From NCBI GenBank assembly GCA_004764695.1, contig SMSO01000004.1:372001-436000 (forward strand): 64,000 nucleotides of DNA, given 5' to 3'. Below, piece after piece: positions 45,600 through 57,247 of this stretch (position 1 is the first letter of the stretch; every line of letters begins with the position of its first letter). The translations under genes and the position numbers were made by a program. The notes beneath the pieces are model-generated. The model did not search any database and was not told the DNA's origin. It saw only the letters and a list, made by a program, of their open reading frames with translations. The DNA comes from Schizochytrium sp. TIO01 (lineage: Eukaryota; Protista; Bigyra: Labyrinthulomycetes).

Positions 45600-47390
45600 T
45601 CAAACTGCCAGTTCGGCCATGAAATCCTGTGTATCATGGTCAATTAGACCAATTGGCTCGGTATCGACCGCCAAAGGGTCATACGGGACGTGAACATTGA
45701 AATCCGCCGCGCTGTTCACAAAAGCGCATTGCTGGCTAGCCAAAGAGTTCAGTCTGCATAAACTTTGCTTGGTCTGGTTCTCAGAGATGCTTGCAACAAA
45801 TTGGTGCGACGAATCGTTAGAGGCGCAAGAAAGAGCATCCATCTGCTTCGAAAAGTTGGTTTGTTTCTCAAAACCTTCCTCTTCTTCAGCATCGCTCAGA
45901 GCGTCCAGATTGTTAAGTATATCCATAAAATCTCCAGCTTCATTGCTACTGTGCTTGTGAATCCCAGAGCTCGAGTCATCAAAATCAAGAGCGTCTGAGG
46001 TTCCTGTCGCTTTGGAATCCGTGTCGTAATCATCGCCTAGGGGCCAGGAGTATCCAAAGCTCGACTGTGCTTTCTTTTGCTCAGGAGCTCTGGGGTCTTC
46101 ATTCAGTAATCCATCAAAACCATCAGCAATATCAAGGTCATCTTGATTGAGCGGCTGGGGGTGTTCATTCTCCAAGAAGCTTTCATGAACAAACTCCTCA
46201 AACGTTGCGTCGTTTCGCAAGCTAGACCACAGCTCGCGCTTAGATTTTACCTGGCTGTTGTGAATAACAAAGGTTCGTCGAACAGGACTTGGTGTTTTTA
46301 GAAGAGGCGGGGGTGCTCGGCGTCTCGGGGTTGGAGAGGGAGTAATTAGGGGAGTCTGCGGGTGGCTAGAGCGCACAGGCTTACTTTTTTTTGGTGTTTC
46401 TTGATGCTCTGCGTATATGAAGGAGTCCTTCTGTGGAATAGATGATTGGACTTTCTTAACAGATTTTGATGTCAATCTGCGACGCTGTGACGGGGGACAA
46501 GAATTTGTGTAATTTTCCTTCTCTTCATCTCCTCTTTCAACTTCTCGGAAACGTCGCTTCTGAGACTTCTTTGCACTAGCAGTAGCCAATGCGACTTTGT
46601 TAGCTGATTTCTTAGCTTTAGCAAGAGATCTCTTTGATTTTGGCGTCTTGGCTTCCTGTGATTTCTTTGAAACAACTTTCGCACTCGTCTTGCCGTTGCT
46701 AGGGCTTACATGACTAGCTGTCTCCACTAACCAACTGGGGTCAGGGAGGGTCTCGAGAAACTTCGAACCCTGAGTAAGCGATGGGTAGCCTTGATCTGGA
46801 TATTCATCTTTGGAGATGCCACAGAACTCCAGGAAGGGAGTGTTATAGGCTTCCAAGCAATCTGTGGATGTTAGTTTCGGAGTAAAGATGTGAAGAAAGT
46901 GCTCAATGATGCGGTGCACCTCATAGCGACGAGCACGCTCTACGTTGCGATCTGCGGCTCGCAATAAGCGACGCTTTGTTAAAACTGTGAAGGGGCGCGA
47001 CTCTGTTCCTGCAATCATATCTCCTTGGGGCTCAAGCGTCAGTTTGAAAAGGTGTTGGTCCACATGCTTCGAGCAGATTCCTTCAATACGGAAGGAGACG
47101 CTTCCACTGAGATTCTCTCGTGACACCTCTATTGTAGAGATCTTCGTGCGTAGGTCCAAGTTCTCTTCGTAATTGTACTTGGCATACTTGTTCCTTGCTC
47201 CGGAAGGCTCTACTTTGAGACCAAACTTAAGCTTGGTTGGTTTCAAATTTTCTAGAGTTTCTGGAGTGCACCGTACTACGAAAGCTACCACGAGCACGTA
47301 CGTCGCCAGCGGTCCCTCGGCATTGCAAAATATGGTCTCCGGCTGTGCCACAATTTCCAGGCGAGCGTCCCCGGTTGCCTTCGTCTTCAT
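45600..47390 (-). CDS. Hypothetical nuclear protein, 596 aa; putative Ig-fold (CudA/STAT/p53-like) DNA-binding domain at the N-terminus
   Basis: Long ATG-initiated ORF. Beta-rich N-terminus (LEIVAQP...VSFRIEGICSKH..FKLTLEP..ESRPFTVLTKRR), a K/R-rich and S/T-P-rich middle, and an acidic C-terminus. Confidence 0.6.
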   Translation of the reverse strand: MKTKATGDARLEIVAQPETIFCNAEGPLATYVLVVAFVVRCTPETLENLKPTKLKFGLKVEPSGARNKYAKYNYEENLDLRTKISTIEVSRENLSGSVSFRIEGICSKHVDQHLFKLTLEPQGDMIAGTESRPFTVLTKRRLLRAADRNVERARRYEVHRIIEHFLHIFTPKLTSTDCLEAYNTPFLEFCGISKDEYPDQGYPSLTQGSKFLETLPDPSWLVETASHVSPSNGKTSAKVVSKKSQEAKTPKSKRSLAKAKKSANKVALATASAKKSQKRRFREVERGDEEKENYTNSCPPSQRRRLTSKSVKKVQSSIPQKDSFIYAEHQETPKKSKPVRSSHPQTPLITPSPTPRRRAPPPLLKTPSPVRRTFVIHNSQVKSKRELWSSLRNDATFEEFVHESFLENEHPQPLNQDDLDIADGFDGLLNEDPRAPEQKKAQSSFGYSWPLGDDYDTDSKATGTSDALDFDDSSSGIHKHSSNEAGDFMDILNNLDALSDAEEEEGFEKQTNFSKQMDALSCASNDSSHQFVASISENQTKQSLCRLNSLASQQCAFVNSAADFNVHVPYDPLAVDTEPIGLIDHDTQDFMAELAV

Positions 47391-48557
47391 CGTCTTTGTG
47401 TTGCTCTTCGTCTCGTGTGAGAGCGTTATGGGTTCTTCCGAGACCAGTTGGATGTCTCACGCCACGTCTTTGTACGCAAAGCGTTCCCTCCAGCACGCAG
47501 ACCCGGCCAGCGCAGCTCACAAGGCACTTATTCTGAGCACTCCGAGGGTCCCGCGTCCCGCAACAACAAGATAGTGTCGCAAGCTTTCGTCAAGGCTTGA
47601 TCGATTGAGATTTGAATTCTAGCTCACTTTCTTCTCTATCGACCAACCTTAGGAGGCATAGTGAGGTCGCTAGGTATCAAGACTCCTACCAATGACCCAT
47701 AGGTAGTCCTACGATGAAAGAGGTCTACTCTCCACATTCCCTGCGTTACCTCAAAATTCAAATTTTAAAATTTCAAACTGCCGCTATTTCACCGATTTTC
47801 CGAAGGTGTTCTCTTGGGGACGCCCCTCACAAAATAGCTCAGTGGAGATGAGAGGGATATATTTCTCCGAGTGTCGGCAAACCCGAACAGACCTTGAGAG
47901 TCGTTCTCTGGAGAACGGCGCGATGGTTGGTGGCGGCAGTTAGATTAGGAAAGCTTTTGAGAGCGAGTCAGTCATAAGGAAGAAGGCAAGATCATAGAAT
48001 GAGCCGACAATAAGCAACTGGTATTTCGCGGGTCCCGAAGTCTTCATCCAAGCTGAGGGTAAAGAGGGAGGTGGTTTGTAAGCGTGAGACTAAAGACCAG
48101 CTCGTATTTTATTTGTATCTGTTTCTGATGAGGGAGAGTGAGCCTACCGCTCAAAAACTGTCGAAGGCCTCGAGGTCGTCTGATTTCCTATATATGGTAG
48201 GATGCAGTAGTGCTGCAGAAGCGCGAAAAAGGAAATCCACGAACGTAATAGCACAGGTGGACCAAGCTGAAGTGATTGGGTGAAATTACAGATCATTCTT
48301 ATGTATAGCAGAATTTTAATTATGTACCAGAGTATGATAGACGTGAAATAATGTAGCAAATGCAAAACGTCGTTCTTGCCGCCAATGTTGTAGGCTCTTA
48401 TTGTGGGCGAGGTGCAAAAGGAAGTAAAGTACGAGATCGAAACTGTTCTTTCATGTTTCTGAAATCAGCATAGGGCAGGAAGACCAGACGAGAACTGCGG
48501 TTAAAGAAGTCGGAGGTACAGAGCACTTTTCCATCGACATGGATATCGCCACGGCTT

Positions 48558-51500
48558 TCAAAAGTCCTTGAACCATACACCAGATGGAATGTCTTTGAGC
48601 GTTCCAGAGTCAATCACATCATCTCGTGGAGATGGAGTATTAAGAATATCCTTGAGTGCGCTCTGAGCGGCTTCGCGAAGAGGGGAATCAAAAGTTCCCG
48701 CGCGAATAGCTTCAAAATCAACCTTTGACAGGAAAGGATGGCGGGTTGTATCTTCAATATTAGCTAGACGGCGAGATGGTGAGGGCTGTAAAAGGTCCTG
48801 AACAAATTCGGAAGCTTCCTTCGAGATAGATGCAGGCATGCTGAGGGATGTTGGGTCGAAGTTGGAGATTTCTGAAAAGAGATCTTTCTCCTTAAATGGA
48901 AGAGTCGCGGTGAGCATCTCGTGCGTAAGAATACCAAGAGCCCAAAAGTCTACTTCCAAGCCATGCCCAGCATTGAGAATTTGCTCAGGGGCCACATAGC
49001 CCGGGTCGCCACACATTGTGAACGTTCGAGTATGTTGATCCTCCATGTATTTTCCACAACCGAGATCAGCCAGACTTACGTACCCCTTGTCAGAAAGCAT
49101 GAGGGTCTGCGGATTGATCGAGCGGGCAAGGATACTACGGGAATGCAGACGTTCAAGAATAATCAAGATGTTGGCTACTACAAAGCGCACAACGTCTTCG
49201 TTGAGCGGCTCCGACATGAAGTCATGTAATGAGCCACATGCAACACCTGCCAGGGCCACATGTAGACTTTCAGCACCAATAAAAGTTTTGAGGATGGGGA
49301 AGATCGGGTCGTAACGTGCGATTGGGCCTTGGCTCTCCTCAATGGATAGGTGTTTCGCCTGGTGACTCCGGCACGAATTCTGGGATCCAAGAGACGGGAG
49401 ATCTTCCACAGCAGCAAGAGGAAGAAGCTCCCGATCACGCAACGGCATGTTTTCAGTCTTAGCAGCTTCAATAGCTTTGCGAGAATACGACTTCAGTGTA
49501 CATGGGTCGCGAGCACCTGGCACTTTGACAACACGGAAGCTGATAGTCTCAGTTGTGTGAATGGTTGCCTTTGGTTGAATTTCATCCACAGGCACATCCT
49601 CAAACTTGATACCAAGCATAGCACAACGAGAAGGCATTTCCGCAGCAGCGAGACTCTGAAGTTCACGCTTCCGGCCATGCCGAGCAATAATGTCACTAAG
49701 AGGGCCAAGAACCTGCTCAAACGAGTCTTTGCTGATGTGAAAGCAAACTGTTTTGCCCACCGCGAGAACACTCGCTGCACGCGGTTCACGATTGAGAAGA
49801 GCTCGCTCACCAAAGTAGCTTCCTGCCTGAAGGCGCATGACTTCTTTTCCGACCTTAGGGTCGATCACTGCAGAGTCAGAGATAAGACAGCGTACTCCGC
49901 CCTCTTTGATGATGTACATGATGTCACCCATGTCACCTTGCTTGATAATAGTATCATTATCCTTGAAGGTCACCTCCGAGAGATGATCTGCAAGACGCTG
50001 TAGTTGGCCCTTACCTAAAGTCTCAAAAATTTTGACACTGCGGAGCACACGGATAAGTTCCTTGTTAGGTCTCTTTATTAGTACACGGCGGAAAGTCTTA
50101 CGACCAAGAGCCCACAATCGACCGTCTGTTTTGGCAATCACAGATGCAGCACGAGGTTTTGAGTACATGAGAGCGAGCTCACCAAAAGATGGGTTACCAA
50201 CATTGCCTGCGCGGGCAACGTATGTATGAACCTTGCGTTCCTCATCAGATCCCTCTTGATGAAGGAAACAGTCATATTCACCCTTGTCCACAACGTAAAA
50301 ATTATCACCATGCTCACCTTGCTTGATGATGGTATCACCCGCTTTGACGTTCTTGCGAACAAAAGCACGAAGAACATGGTCTAGTTGGGTAGGATTGAGA
50401 TGCTGAAACAGGAAGTTGGTGGAGACTGCCATTTTGATAGCTTCAATCTCCTCGCTAGACTTCACGACGCTATCCGTGCCAACAAGAGCATCATCATCCT
50501 CGTCTTCTTCCTCCGCCTCAAAAACGGTCGAGGATTCGATAAGTGCCCGTTTGACACGAGACATCTCCCGGCGAACAGGACGATTTTGCTTTTCCATGGC
50601 TAAGAGAGCATCATAGGACTTGAATGAGCCCATCATGGAAACATTTTCGCCGACATGAGAACTCAAGTTAAATTCAAGCTTAGCTGAGCCGGTTGACGTT
50701 TCTCCCATATTCGTATAAATGACAATAGCAGTGATATCATCAGTGCGGACTTCATAGTGTAACCACAGCTTGTAGGACTCAGTCACGAGCGCACGCGCAG
50801 CTTCGTAAGGATCGTCGAATTTTCTCACCATGTCAACCACAGTTTGGGAAGATAGGAATTCAAAAACACCATCACTGGCAATGACCACGAACTTGTCTCG
50901 AGAAGTTAGTTTACGACGCAAGACCTCCGGGTTTGAAATACAGCCAATAGATTCTGCCATTTCATCACCTAAACTTCGTGTGAAGGCTACGCCGGGACAG
51001 CCTTTGTTTGGCAACCAAAGACGCGGTGGATCACCGCCATCGTCTTCCTCTTCACCCCAATCTTGGGCGTTAGGGTCATAAGGTTTGTAACCTTCAAGCT
51101 GGTCCATTGTCATAACTACTGCTCCGGCTTCTTGGCAGCGAATACGTTCATCACCTCGGTACGGGGTCTGATCAGCGCTCAAAGGTTGGGCAACAATGCG
51201 CCCGCCACCCATATCTGTTGCAAGGACGGCACGAGAGTCGCCAACATTGGCAACGATAACTTCTTCTCCTACAAACAGTACAGAAATGCAAGTTGTACCT
51301 GCTAAAGTATCGTCAAAATAGGTTGGCCCCTTTCGCTTGCGTTTCTGCTTATGCATTTCTTTGTTAACCTTGAGGAGAGACTCCTCAAAAGCCACCTCTG
51401 GTTGAATTCGTAAATGTTTGTTGTTCAGCATATACTTACTAAAGCGGTCGACAGCGAATGTGCTACACTCCGTGCCATAGCGACCATGACCATCAAAGAC

Positions 51501-51890
51501 TCCAAAAAGACTAATATCGGGGTACTTTGCACCCAGGTCGGGAGCAACGAGCAAATTATCCTGATTCTTTTTGCTTAAATCTTCTGGGTAGAAACCGCTC
51601 TGGCAAACCCAGCCATAGTGGAGCGTTACAATAGGTGTATCCTGTCCATTGTTCTCATATGACCTCAACTCGCGTTTCTGTGCACCTTCGGAAGACCGAG
51701 TACGCCCAGAAACCTCGAGGCGACTGATAGCAAGAAACTTCTCGTCTTGCGTGAGGCCATCCTCCATATCGGGTTCTGGTGCTGTGCATTTGTCAAGTGT
51801 TTCTGGAATCAGTGCACTAGCCAGATCTTCTGCGCTCTTCTTTGCCGCAGAGAGCTTGGCCACTGGAATTGGTTCATTTCGGTTATCCAT
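48558..51890 (-). CDS. PP2C phosphatase + two cyclic-nucleotide-binding domains + kinase-like domain, ~1110 aa
   Basis: PP2C motifs NQD, FGVFDGHG, GTT, ANVGDSRAV, AFTRSLGD, IASDGVFEFL and DDITAIVI. CNB cassettes SFGELALMYSKPRAASV and YFGERALLNREPRAASV. AGC-like kinase C-lobe (TMCGDPGYVAPE, VDFWALG). First ATG is at 51890, downstream of an in-frame stop. Confidence 0.93.
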   Translation of the reverse strand: MDNRNEPIPVAKLSAAKKSAEDLASALIPETLDKCTAPEPDMEDGLTQDEKFLAISRLEVSGRTRSSEGAQKRELRSYENNGQDTPIVTLHYGWVCQSGFYPEDLSKKNQDNLLVAPDLGAKYPDISLFGVFDGHGRYGTECSTFAVDRFSKYMLNNKHLRIQPEVAFEESLLKVNKEMHKQKRKRKGPTYFDDTLAGTTCISVLFVGEEVIVANVGDSRAVLATDMGGGRIVAQPLSADQTPYRGDERIRCQEAGAVVMTMDQLEGYKPYDPNAQDWGEEEDDGGDPPRLWLPNKGCPGVAFTRSLGDEMAESIGCISNPEVLRRKLTSRDKFVVIASDGVFEFLSSQTVVDMVRKFDDPYEAARALVTESYKLWLHYEVRTDDITAIVIYTNMGETSTGSAKLEFNLSSHVGENVSMMGSFKSYDALLAMEKQNRPVRREMSRVKRALIESSTVFEAEEEDEDDDALVGTDSVVKSSEEIEAIKMAVSTNFLFQHLNPTQLDHVLRAFVRKNVKAGDTIIKQGEHGDNFYVVDKGEYDCFLHQEGSDEERKVHTYVARAGNVGNPSFGELALMYSKPRAASVIAKTDGRLWALGRKTFRRVLIKRPNKELIRVLRSVKIFETLGKGQLQRLADHLSEVTFKDNDTIIKQGDMGDIMYIIKEGGVRCLISDSAVIDPKVGKEVMRLQAGSYFGERALLNREPRAASVLAVGKTVCFHISKDSFEQVLGPLSDIIARHGRKRELQSLAAAEMPSRCAMLGIKFEDVPVDEIQPKATIHTTETISFRVVKVPGARDPCTLKSYSRKAIEAAKTENMPLRDRELLPLAAVEDLPSLGSQNSCRSHQAKHLSIEESQGPIARYDPIFPILKTFIGAESLHVALAGVACGSLHDFMSEPLNEDVVRFVVANILIILERLHSRSILARSINPQTLMLSDKGYVSLADLGCGKYMEDQHTRTFTMCGDPGYVAPEQILNAGHGLEVDFWALGILTHEMLTATLPFKEKDLFSEISNFDPTSLSMPASISKEASEFVQDLLQPSPSRRLANIEDTTRHPFLSKVDFEAIRAGTFDSPLREAAQSALKDILNTPSPRDDVIDSGTLKDIPSGVWFKDF

Positions 51891-53185
51891 GATGTTGAAC
51901 CACGAACCTTTTCTTGCTTGCACACAAAATTATCTGTCCGGATCCCGTTAAAAAAAGGCGACACAGCAATCAGTCTAGAAGCCTAATTTGTGATTTAAAC
52001 GATCTCGATTCGATGTTGTTTGAAAACGACAAAGCAAGACCAGAGGCCAAAATTACGAAAAAGACCACAAGCAAGAATCACGAGAAACGCCAAACAAACC
52101 TGCCTGCTTTAAGTAAAAGAAAGGTGATTTACAGTCACCGCTGGCGCCTGACAGCAAGCGTGTCGCTCTCACGGAGCCCAAGCAGGCGGAAGAGACCGGC
52201 GAGGTCTGACCAGCAATCCGGGAGGGGCGAGCAAGGGAGCGGCGTCCCGTGAAGCGAAGCGAAGAAGAAAAACTTATCGATCGAGGTGAGTCCGCGCCCT
52301 CTTTATTATTATGAGTCTCTGTGACTCGCTCACGGACAAGGACGCGGACGACTACACGGCACGCAGCTTCGAGAGCCTACCTGAATTGGATCTTGATCGC
52401 CACCAGGTTCCCCAATCCACCCGGTGTCGCGTCGCGGTGCAGCAAGCGAACGACCTCCAGGACAGGTTCGAGCTAGAGCGAACGAACCGATGGGAGGCAA
52501 GGAATAGAAAATGGAATGGCACTGCGTTGGCTGATCCTCCTTTTCTTCCTTCTCCTCCTCCTTCTTCTCCTCAGAAGCGGCGGCGTGAGCGGCGGAGTCG
52601 ACGAAAGGCCGTGGCCGCTGCAGGTACTGAGGCGCGTCTGCTGCAGAACGGCGAGCAGGCGAGCCGACGGAGAGAATTTGAATCCAAACCAAAATCAGAG
52701 AAGAAGCAAAGAGACTTTGCGACGCCTAAAAGATGATTCTCACTTTATTAGGACTCTTCCTTTTCAAAAAGAGCAAAAGTAAAAACTTTTCGCTGTTCTT
52801 TCTTCTTTTACTTTTGAAAGACTCTTTACGAGCGAGCCTGCGATGATGCCAGAACCCAGCATCATCGTTCCTAATAACGAACAAGGAGGCGCTGCTCCAA
52901 ACGTCGCATCGTTCAAAATGAAGAACTTTCTGAGGAGGACAGGTCCAAGGGAACGAAGGAGTTGAGTTTCTTCAATTCCATGTTACTTGACCAAAAAAAA
53001 CGAACGAATGGTGAGTGAGAGTGATAATGCTACCAGTAATTATTTTGTAGACTAACTGTGTATTTCTTTATTCATAGATGCTATATTTTATTTTATTTCA
53101 TTTTATAGATATTGGATGAACCAAAAAGATAAACAAAATGATAAATAAATAGGCATAGTAAATGGCAATAGGTACGCTGCCTACG

Positions 53186-53233
53186 AATGATAAAATAATG
53201 ATAAAATAATGTTAAACTAATGATAAAATAATG
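53186..53233. repeat. 11-bp AT-rich tandem repeat (AATGATAAAAT) x~4
   Basis: Directly visible, with one degenerate unit. Confidence 0.8.
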
Positions 53234-56200
53234 AGATGCCTCTCTTCGGACATCTATGAAGGAAGAAGAAGTTGGAATGTTGAAGCAGATTCGTGAAAGG
53301 GACTTTCACGTGCCCGCGTTACACGTGCGCAACCACAGGGACAGCTAGCTGGCCTGTTCTCCTCTGTCAGCGAGAGTTTTTTAGCTCGCTCTTCACATTT
53401 GCATCTCAAGAGTAGCACCGCCGCGATGACTCGAGAGTCCTTCTCCATTGCTTTGCTGCGCTAAGATATGTCCTTTTGTCTTAAAAGTCTGAAAAAAGAA
53501 GAGAAAGTGAGTGACTCTGATCCAAAGAGCACCAGTAGTATCCACTCTTACGCATTCGGTTAGAAGGCTCTTGGTAGTAATTAGTGATGGGAAGCAGAAG
53601 AAAGATCACTTAATGTTTTACAATCTTGTAGTTCGACTATTGGGTAGCAAAACAAAAGACTTTCAAAGAAGCGCCCTGAGGCAAGACGATGGAGGCCAAG
53701 AGGTCGGCGCGACTAAGACCATGCGTGGCCACCTTCGTGTCTTCACTTCCACCCAGGCTACATGCTTCCCTCTGCCGGGTTTAATGTTGAAAAGAAGGTC
53801 AACGAGTCGTCCTGTATATCGGCTCAGGTTCTAAAAGCTTAATTTAGACTTTAAAAAGACATAAAAAAGAAATATATATTTAAAAAAAGGAAACTTTATT
53901 ATTAAATCATAGGAGAAAAGAACCAAATTCTTTAGATTTTACTTTTTAAAAACAAGTAAATAAAATTGATCCCTCTGTTGTTAGCCTGGACAATCCAGAT
54001 ACGGAGAAGCCTAGGCCTGGATGAGATGGGATAAGAAGTAGGTACTGAGATTGACGCCAAGTTCAAGAACGGATGTTATTAGATTGAGAACCGGTCTCTG
54101 TTTTCTCTCCTGTTTTCAGTGCGCACGTTCCGATACCACAAGGCCCTCGACGTGCATTCTCCTCCGCGCCTGAGCTTGGTCAATAACTATAAAGTACCCC
54201 CCAGTTGAAGACTTGTGCATCAAATACACACCGATTCCCACTTCCTAAAAAGAGGTTATGTATGGAGTTATATACAAAATAGACCCGTTACGCTCGAGAT
54301 GGGTCGAACTTGGAGGATCTCGCATGAGAAAGAAGACACATGATGCCAGGACAAGTCTTTAACGCTCGAGAGAAAAGGACCAAAGAGTAAGGAGTAAATA
54401 CGATTCAAAGGTGCGCGTAAGAAAGAATAATCGCATTTTAATGGAAATGAGTATATGTTAGTTTTCACAGGGTGGTCTCCAGGTTACCAGCATTTCCCAA
54501 ACCGGGTTACATGAAGTATTGAGCTATAAAGAGTTTAGGGTGTGTATTCAAGCTTTTTTAATACATATTTGTAAATTTGGCGCATCTAAAACTTTCCTTC
54601 AATCGGATGTAATGTTATATGCAAAATAGGCTAGATCTATGCTTGTGATGAATGAAGTAGTGGTTTATGCTCTAAGCATGAACACAAAACACACCTTGGA
54701 ATGGCGAATCGTTTAACCGCATTTTTGTGAAGTTGGAAAATTTTAAAAGAAGCAACATCTACCATAAAAAACTCAAATGGTAGTGCTTTTTCACTGAATA
54801 AAAAGTGTTCGTTGCCTTTGCCTGAGAAAGAGTTCATGTACGCGGAGATGAGAATGACGGGATAACCTGGACACGAGCAAGTATCGTCTGGGGAAGCTCC
54901 GCGCCCGCATTAGCAAAAAGCTAGCACAAGACGATTTTCGTAGACATCTACAAAAAGTCTTACTAACTTGAAGGAAACTTGCTAGCAAAGTCTGGACTTT
55001 GAACTTCTGATTTTGTGTTGATCAGGACCTTGACCCGAATTGAAAACTTCTCTGGAAACTCTGTAGTAGCGAGTGATGTGTAGCATCGTGCTCATCTTGA
55101 AGATATGATGTTTTGTACACCCCCCCTTGACAGTTGCCCTTTGAAAAAAATAAATTAAAAAATAAGGCGAGATTTTTCAAAAGTTGATTCTCATTATGGA
55201 TTTTCAGAATATTAAATTAATCAAATCCTGCTTCTGGCTAAAAGATGCCTTATGTCCTACTTTTCCTTATGTAATTTAAGAGTTGTTTTTAAATATGAAT
55301 AGCTGAAGTTATTTATATCTCGCTGTGTCAGCTTTTTTCGTAGACATATATGCACTTCATCTTTTTTCTTCCTTTCTTTGTGCAACGTGATGGACTTTTC
55401 TGCCATATTCCATTCAGCTTGCGGTTCCACGCTCATGATAATCTAGGTATTTTCTGACTCGATTGGTTAGTTGTAGCTGGGGATTTTACTCGCCACTGAT
55501 ACCGACCAGTCTAAGCATAATATTGGAACAGTTTATTTTAGGATTTCTTGCTTCAGGGCTACCCAACGAAGGACCTCTCCTAATATCAAGGTCGAAGAGG
55601 GGTTCAATAGATGAAAGAGTAACTCTGAAAGCAAATAAATACTGTCTTTGGGGGAAATTCTCGTGGCCTTTCCTAGTTTTGAGCTCCATTATCACTGTTT
55701 CAATTACTAAAGGTTTCTCTCTCTGCTGAGATCCCGCATCAAAGGAACTAGTGGACAATACATTGCTAGAGTTCTAGGCATCCGTTTGTAAAGGGCTTAT
55801 GGATATAAGGCTTGTAATGGAACATATTTAGAAAACCATAGTCGTATAGTTGAGAAATCAAGAACCAAAAGGGCTAATAAACATTCCCTAGAACCAAGAA
55901 TGCTGTCATCTGAATTGATGGATGATAAGATGAGTTCACCTAACCTCGTCAATTCTCTCTAACGCAGTTCAAGAATGTCTAAACCCCTCAACTTCTATGT
56001 GAATCAGTCTTCCTTGGAATTCAATTCTCGAGGATAGTAATCCGCTTACTCTTTAAACCAGTCCTTTGTAGACCTTTATCAAAGCTCTTGCCTTCATCTT
56101 CATAGTCGATCTCTAGCTGACCAGATTCATCTTTCAGTAGTCTCTGTCATTCCTTTGTGATTTGTAAAATCTAGAATAATACTCTTTTGCTATAAGTCAA

Positions 56201-57212
56201 GCGCCCCTTAAGCTGGCCATTACTGATGAAATTGCTCAGAGCTTATCCCTGGTCAGCTAAAGGTTGACTGGGAAAATGAAGGCAATGAGCATGTGGATGC
56301 ATAATTAGGCGCAAGAAGGCGGTTAGGCTAATCGAGTTGGCTATCTGCTGAGCTTGGTTGGATATAGACAATCAGTTAGGTTAGTTCATCTTTTAATTAA
56401 GAGACTAAGACACGACTTCATTTCTATCAGACAGAGCTCAAGGGGTTAAGTTAGCTCATTTCCTCGACCACAAAGTCAAGCTTGCTATTACCTATTCACT
56501 TGATTATACAATGCATTCTTCTTCCTGAGTTCCCCTAACCGTTTGTGATAGTCAAGTTCTTATCACATACGATTCCTAACTGAGACTTTAGAGCTCATAA
56601 TAGTGTGTCAAAGACTCTGGTAATGTAGTGAGTGCATGACCCTTGGATTGGAAATCTGAGCGTATATGTAAGAGCAAAAATTCGATACTTATCATCTCTG
56701 AATCAATGGAGGATGCGATCTATTTCTGAATTGCATTCAATGATTCAAAGTATTATGTTGAAAGTTTCGAAGAGTGCGAGGATGCTTTAGTATGTCAGGA
56801 GCTTTACTTATTTCGTAAATCAGCCTCTATGTAAATTTGCGATGTTTGTGAGCTGTTCCAATGTTATTATGAGCTGCGGAACGCATTTACGACCCAATAG
56901 TACCAGAACCCAAATTAGTACACATACAGCAATTCCGCAACGCATTTTCAAAATTCTCGCAATCATGTATTCGTTTACGATACTGATTTGGCTGATCTTC
57001 ATAAGAAACAGTTATATGTTATCGTTAGACTGCAGACTATCGTTCGATTCTTTTGACATGTATCTTAGGTCATGAAGATTATCGCACTTACCATGATACA
57101 CAATACATAAGCAACTGCGGAAGGAAAAGAGGGTGACTTTTTTATTGCTAACTTCTGTACTTTGATGCATTTACCAATTGGAGGTTACTCCTAAAATTCT
57201 ATGACTTTGGTA

Positions 57213-57247
57213 CAAGCCCAAGTCCAAGTCCAAGTCCAAGTCCAAGC
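57213..57247. repeat. (CAAGTC)n hexanucleotide repeat
   Basis: Directly visible. Confidence 0.9.

Noticed and set aside
47830-47910. TAGCTCAGTGG, a tRNA A-box-like sequence
   Set aside because: No B-box (GTTCRA) and no cloverleaf could be built.
52311-52782. 141-aa and overlapping ORFs upstream of the PP2C gene
   Set aside because: Low-complexity GC-rich 5' flank with no motifs. More likely promoter/UTR.
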